Positions 59,662 to 64,000 of a stretch of 64,000 bases of DNA are shown piece after piece (within the stretch, counting starts at the first letter, position 1; every line of letters starts with the position of its first letter). The notes under the pieces are model-generated. The model made no database searches, was not told where the DNA came from, and saw only the letters and a program-made list of their open reading frames with translations. Made by a program: the position numbers and the translations under genes. Source of the stretch: Phycisphaeraceae bacterium (GTDB lineage Bacteria > Planctomycetota > Phycisphaerae > Phycisphaerales > Zrk34); contig JBBDRF010000092.1 of the NCBI GenBank assembly GCA_040905565.1, forward strand, positions 146,916-210,915. The letters are read 5' to 3'.

Positions 59662-61215
59662 CTAGTGTGCGGATAGATCTTTGAACGCGGGAGGCGGCGA
59701 ACCGTCACGAAGGTAATTCACCGTATACATCATCCAGGTATTCATCAGGGGATGATTGTCGTCGCTGTGCAGGTTATCGAGGCGCAGTTCATAGATGAAG
59801 CCCGGCTGAAGGTCGTCGAGGATCAGGCGCACCCGCGTCCGATCTTCCGAGACGGTCAGACCATTCACCTCAATTTCCCGGCGATGGTGTTGCGGCGAGC
59901 CATAGGCTTCGTCGTAGGCATAGGCATAGCGGACGAAATGGTAGTTGCCCCGCTCGGCGGCGACGGCGGGATCAAGCGGCCTAGTAAAGGTGAGTTCGAA
60001 GCCGTCGTCGGTGAGCGACATCGTCTGAACTTCCAGAGGCGTTTCGCCGGTCCACGTGATGCGATGCAGCCCGGTGTCGCCGGCCCAGGCGTCCTGCCGA
60101 TGCGTTTGCCCCGTCCACAGGCTGCCGTCGGGAGCGAAGACCATCCGGTTGTTGCCGCGGCGCAAACCGTGGCCGTTGTGGAAGGGGAAACAGGCACCCT
60201 GTATCTTGCCGGCTACCTCCTCGAGTGCCACGCGGATGAGATGACTATGGTTCATGTCGCCGATGAAGAGCTGCCCTTCGAACGGCCCGAACCTTCCGCC
60301 GGTCGTGTCGAGCAAAGGCTGCGTCGGTGAGCTGGCCATGATGCCGTGCGGCAACTCGACAGCGGCACGGGTGCGTCGCTCAGCGTGATACGCTGCGGGA
60401 AGCTCCGCAGGGTTGCCCTGATCCCAACCTTCCGTCCAGAGCATGCTGGCGACGTGGCCGTAGAAGTTCCCTTCCTCCACGTGATAGAGGGGACTCGTGC
60501 CGATCCAGTCGCCTTGATTGTCGGTGACGAAGAGTCGGCCCTCGGCGTCGAACCCCAGACCGTTGGGCGCACGGAAGCCCGGCGCGAACGGCTCGATCTC
60601 TCCGTCCGGCGTGATCTTCATCACCCACCCGCGATAGGGCACAGGCGAAAACATGCGAATGGGCAAGGCATTGGGATTGCGTTCGCCGCGCACTTCGTGA
60701 CGTACCCCTCCGGCGGCAGAGGCTGTGCCGAGTGAGATGTAGAGATTGCCCGCAGCGTCGCGCACCGGCCCGAAGTGAAACTCGTGATAGTTACCTGATA
60801 TGCCGAACGCGTCGGTGACGGTTTGGTAGGTATCGGCTGCGCCGTCGCCGGTGGTATCAAGCAGGCGGGTGACCTCCGGCCGTTGGGAGACGATGAACTC
60901 ACGCTCGCTGACGGCGAGGATGCCCAGCGGATTATGCAGCCCCTCCGCGAAGGGCGACCACTGCTCGGTCCGCGGATCGTAAAGAAACACCTCCCCGCGC
61001 TCGAAGGCCACGACCAGTCGGCCGTCGTCGAGCACGTCGATGCCGCCCACCTCGGGCACGACGCCCCCAGGTGTGGCAACGGTTTCGATCTCGTAGTAAT
61101 CGCTCCACTTGGCAGCGGCATCATCGGCCGAAGCGGGAAGAGTCAGCATCAGCACTCCGACGCAGGCGACAACTGTTTCGAACCATCTCGCAAACGAAAA
61201 GCGGGCCGGCATCAC
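59662..61215 (-). CDS. Secreted beta-propeller protein (sorbosone/glucose dehydrogenase-like)
   Basis: Signal peptide; FAEGLHNPLG, NYHEFHFG, GFRAPNG, TDNQGDW, FGPFEGQLFIGD. Confidence 0.8.
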   Translation of the reverse strand: MMPARFSFARWFETVVACVGVLMLTLPASADDAAAKWSDYYEIETVATPGGVVPEVGGIDVLDDGRLVVAFERGEVFLYDPRTEQWSPFAEGLHNPLGILAVSEREFIVSQRPEVTRLLDTTGDGAADTYQTVTDAFGISGNYHEFHFGPVRDAAGNLYISLGTASAAGGVRHEVRGERNPNALPIRMFSPVPYRGWVMKITPDGEIEPFAPGFRAPNGLGFDAEGRLFVTDNQGDWIGTSPLYHVEEGNFYGHVASMLWTEGWDQGNPAELPAAYHAERRTRAAVELPHGIMASSPTQPLLDTTGGRFGPFEGQLFIGDMNHSHLIRVALEEVAGKIQGACFPFHNGHGLRRGNNRMVFAPDGSLWTGQTHRQDAWAGDTGLHRITWTGETPLEVQTMSLTDDGFELTFTRPLDPAVAAERGNYHFVRYAYAYDEAYGSPQHHRREIEVNGLTVSEDRTRVRLILDDLQPGFIYELRLDNLHSDDNHPLMNTWMMYTVNYLRDGSPPPAFKDLSAH

Positions 61216-62933
61216 TGCACCTCCTGCGTCGCCGCTTCACGACGGTAAATGTAGCGGAGTTGTTCGACGTCGATCGTACGCGTCCAGAGACGTAGTTCGT
61301 CGAGTTCGCCGAGGAAACGCGCGTTACCGTCGATCGCGCCGATCGTGAACGCCACGTCCGGCAGCGGCCCCCGCCGAACCTGCCCAGCTTCCACGCCGTC
61401 AATGTAGATCGTGATCTGCTCACCTTCGATGATGAACGCCACGTGATGCCAGGCGCCGGTGGGGGGGGCGGTGGGGCGGTCGCTGTCGAGGCTCAGGACA
61501 CGTGTTTCACCCTCGCGATCGGGATAGGTCAACGTGAGGCCTTCGCCCTTGCGGTTGTAGCCGAGCACGAACTCAGCCTCATCGGACACGGCGGCAATGA
61601 TCGGCTGTTCCTCGGCCTCGGCGTCGCGCATGCGGAACCAGCCGGCGACCGAACCGCCTTCGTCAAAATCACTCGCGCGGACGTCGGTGTTGAGTTGCTG
61701 AACCTTGTCGCCGGTGTTGAACTGGATCGCGCGCCCGACCACGCCCTCGGTCAAAGCCTCCTTCGCGAAGCTTGATGAAGACGGCATGTCGTTCATCGAC
61801 CAGTAGCCTGCGGGCTCGAAGCCCCGTCGCTCGGCGAGAATGATGGTGAACGATGTTGCTTCGTCCGGCGTCAGCGTCAGCACGTTCTGTTTCCACGTGC
61901 CTGCGGAACTGGTGAAAACCACCCCGGCATACGGCTGAGTCACGTAATGGATCGGCTGCTGGCTGTCTTCGATCTCAAAATGCATCGCAAGGCCAACCCC
62001 CTCCGGCAGGGCGGTGATGGATTGCTTCACGCTGTAGCCGTCGAGCGTGTAGTGGAACTGCGGAAGGCCTTCGATCATGCGGTAGCCACGGAACTGCATC
62101 TCCGCCAAACGATCGGGTTCACCCAGACGCAGTGGGGGGGTAGCGGGGCCACGGTAGTAGATATCGCCCACGACCTGCGAGAAGTCGGCCCCTTTGCCGC
62201 GCCAGTGTGCTTCGCTGTCGATAAAACCACCATGCCACGCATAGCGGAGGTGGCCCGTCGCGGCATCCCAGCAGTACGAAAGATTCCGCCCGGTGTGAAC
62301 GGCGATTGCTGCGGGGCTGGCATCGGAAAGAAATGTTCGGCGGACCCTCGGCCCCGCTACCGCATCCTCACCATGATGTGCAAAATGTTCGCCCTCCGCC
62401 TGGGCAGCGACGGCCTCCACCAACGCAGCCGGCGGGACGTGCGGGTCCTCCGCCAGTGGCGGCAGTTCCTTCGCCCGCGTCACGTACATCGCGCCGTACA
62501 TCACAAACGCATGGCCGGGGATGGTGCACACGTACGGGTAAACACCCTCCTCCTCCGGCGCGGTGAACGTGATCGTCCCCGTGTCGCCCGCGTTCAGAAG
62601 CCCCGTATGAAACAGCACCGCATCCAGGTCCGGCACGTACTCCCGCGCCAGGGCATCAGGCCCCAGCGCGATTGCTGCGTTGGCCACGGCCATCCGCTCG
62701 CCCGGCATCGTGATCAGCAGGTTGTGCTGCATCTCGTCGCGGTTCGTCACGATCAGCTTCACCTCGGCACCCGGCTCCACAGCAAAGCGGGTCACGTCAA
62801 AACGAAGCCCCGGCAGCGTCGCCAATTCCACCTCGATCGGCTCGGCGTCGACCTCTGCCGCCGTGCCCGCCCAGGCCATCGCAGCGAGCGACCAGACAAA
62901 AAGCAGCCGCCATGCGTGCGCGATATCCCTCAT
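61212..62933 (-). CDS. Azurin/plastocyanin copper-binding protein with C-terminal LamG domain
   Basis: MQHN and YVCTIPGHAFVM type-1 Cu ligands; WHHVAF...IYIDG...LDELRLW. Confidence 0.85.
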   Translation of the reverse strand: MRDIAHAWRLLFVWSLAAMAWAGTAAEVDAEPIEVELATLPGLRFDVTRFAVEPGAEVKLIVTNRDEMQHNLLITMPGERMAVANAAIALGPDALAREYVPDLDAVLFHTGLLNAGDTGTITFTAPEEEGVYPYVCTIPGHAFVMYGAMYVTRAKELPPLAEDPHVPPAALVEAVAAQAEGEHFAHHGEDAVAGPRVRRTFLSDASPAAIAVHTGRNLSYCWDAATGHLRYAWHGGFIDSEAHWRGKGADFSQVVGDIYYRGPATPPLRLGEPDRLAEMQFRGYRMIEGLPQFHYTLDGYSVKQSITALPEGVGLAMHFEIEDSQQPIHYVTQPYAGVVFTSSAGTWKQNVLTLTPDEATSFTIILAERRGFEPAGYWSMNDMPSSSSFAKEALTEGVVGRAIQFNTGDKVQQLNTDVRASDFDEGGSVAGWFRMRDAEAEEQPIIAAVSDEAEFVLGYNRKGEGLTLTYPDREGETRVLSLDSDRPTAPPTGAWHHVAFIIEGEQITIYIDGVEAGQVRRGPLPDVAFTIGAIDGNARFLGELDELRLWTRTIDVEQLRYIYRREAATQEVQ

Positions 62934-63060
62934 GTGTGCATCTCCAAAACGTCAGAAGCGCCGTCTGCCCGCCTGCGCCGACCGCCCACCTTTACCATCT
63001 GGTGAGAAGGCGAGTATAGTCGCTCCACCGCTTCTGTTGAACCTTCCATACAGGCCCGAC

Positions 63061-63088
63061 TTGCATCGCCTGCCAGAGCGTCTACAAT
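63061..63088 (+). promoter_or_regulatory. Sigma70-type promoter of tRNA-Pro
   Basis: TTGCAT-N16-TACAAT ending 15 bp before the tRNA. Confidence 0.6.
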
Positions 63089-63103
63089 GGCCCAACTGAA
63101 TCG

Positions 63104-63177
63104 CGGGGCGTAGCTCAGCTTGGTAGAGCGCTTCGTTCGGGACGAAGAGGTCGTAGGTTCAAATCCTATCGCCCCGA
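63104..63177 (+). tRNA. tRNA-Pro(CGG)
   Basis: CGGGGCG-TA-GCTC-AGCTTGGTA-GAGC-G-CTTCG-TTCGGGA-CGAAG-AGGTC-GTAGG-TTCAAAT-CCTAT-CGCCCCG-A. Confidence 0.96.
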
Positions 63178-63187
63178 TTCGGCAATC

Positions 63188-63224
63188 AAAGGACTTACGG
63201 CAAAAGCCGTGAGTCCTTTTTTTT
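63188..63224 (+). terminator. Intrinsic terminator
   Basis: ggacttacggc-aaaa-gccgtgagtcc followed by T8. Confidence 0.85.
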
Positions 63225-63422
63225 ATGAGCCGAGGACCATCTCGGGGATCAACCCACCTCGTCTGCCAGATGCGTCACGTGATACACATCAAGCTAGACG
63301 GCAGGATGTGGCCCCAGACCCCGAAGAATGAGCGGCACCGGTTTCCGCCGACACCGCACGAGCCTCACCCCGAACGCGCCGTCGCTCAGCGACGCTGAGC
63401 CGTTGCAAGCACAGCGTCGACG

Positions 63423-63998
63423 CTATATCTGGGCGCGGAGCAAGGCGGCGAGATGTTCCCAAGCCTTCTCCCGAAGCGGGCGGCCGAGCCACGCTTCGCG
63501 CGTGATCTGCTTGGACCGCTGCTTGTCCCTTTCGAAGTGCTGAAGTTGGTGCGCCGCCAGCCTGTGATCCACCACGTTCAGGTTCGCCTCGTCGTTAAGG
63601 CGGAAGGAACGGTTGTCGAAGTTGGTCGAGCCAACGGAGGTCCATTGCGCGTCAACGACCATGACCTTGCAGTGATACATCGTGGGCTGGTACTCGTAGA
63701 TGCGAACCCCGGCTTCAAGAAGCCTTCCCCAGCGCGCTCGTGAGGCACGGCGAACCACGGTGTGATCCATCAGCGGGCCGGGCACGACGATCTCGATGTC
63801 GACACCGCGCTGACAGGCTTCGACCAATGTTTGCACAGAGAGAGAGTCGGGGACGAAGTAGGCGTTGGCGATTCTGATTGTCTGCCTCGCCGCAGCGATG
63901 GATAGCAGGTACATCAGTCGCGTGTTACCGCTGTTTGATCGCGCGGTGGTGATCGGCATGCAAACGGGACCCACCTCGAGAGGGTAGATCGGCGCTGA
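63423..63998 (-). CDS. cls: Cardiolipin synthase / PLD family, C-terminal part
   Basis: RLMYLLSIAAA, NAYFVP, HCKVMVVD (HKD), GSTNFDNRSFRLNDE; frame open to the window edge. Confidence 0.85.
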   Translation of the reverse strand, partial: SAPIYPLEVGPVCMPITTARSNSGNTRLMYLLSIAAARQTIRIANAYFVPDSLSVQTLVEACQRGVDIEIVVPGPLMDHTVVRRASRARWGRLLEAGVRIYEYQPTMYHCKVMVVDAQWTSVGSTNFDNRSFRLNDEANLNVVDHRLAAHQLQHFERDKQRSKQITREAWLGRPLREKAWEHLAALLRAQI

Positions 63999-64000
63999 AA

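Noticed and set aside
1..64000. CRISPR or other regularly spaced non-coding arrays
   Set aside because: No repeat-spacer periodicity in the intergenic regions I read, and no cas-like ORFs.

Overview
A GC-rich planctomycete-like window. The gene set (DUF1549/DUF1553, DUF1501, PVC-type haem proteins, DUF1559-like pseudopilin, PEP-CTERM) suggests Phycisphaerae, which is an inference. It has two contrasting parts. (1) About 6.6-44.9 kb is a decaying mosaic next to the 3' end of a tRNA-Val(CAC) gene. It holds a satellite/PICI-like element (tyrosine integrase, HTH protein, DUF1580-like excisionase, D5-type primase/helicase) and an ECF sigma-FecR/LamG-PEP-CTERM-pseudopilin-oxidoreductase module. It also holds a near-complete Tad/Flp pilus locus plus lpd, bracketed by three rve-transposase remnants, 42-bp inverted repeats and a duplicated unknown gene end. 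A DUF932 fragment, a second integrase fragment and many truncations, in-frame stops and frameshifts are also present. (2) About 45-63.2 kb looks intact: ABC ATPase, phoB-phoR-pstSCAB-[unknown triple-repeat lipoprotein]-phoU with candidate Pho boxes, a cation/H+ antiporter, an oxidoreductase-beta-propeller-azurin/LamG operon and tRNA-Pro(CGG), followed by a partial cardiolipin synthase. All family assignments come from motifs recognised by eye; no searches were run.
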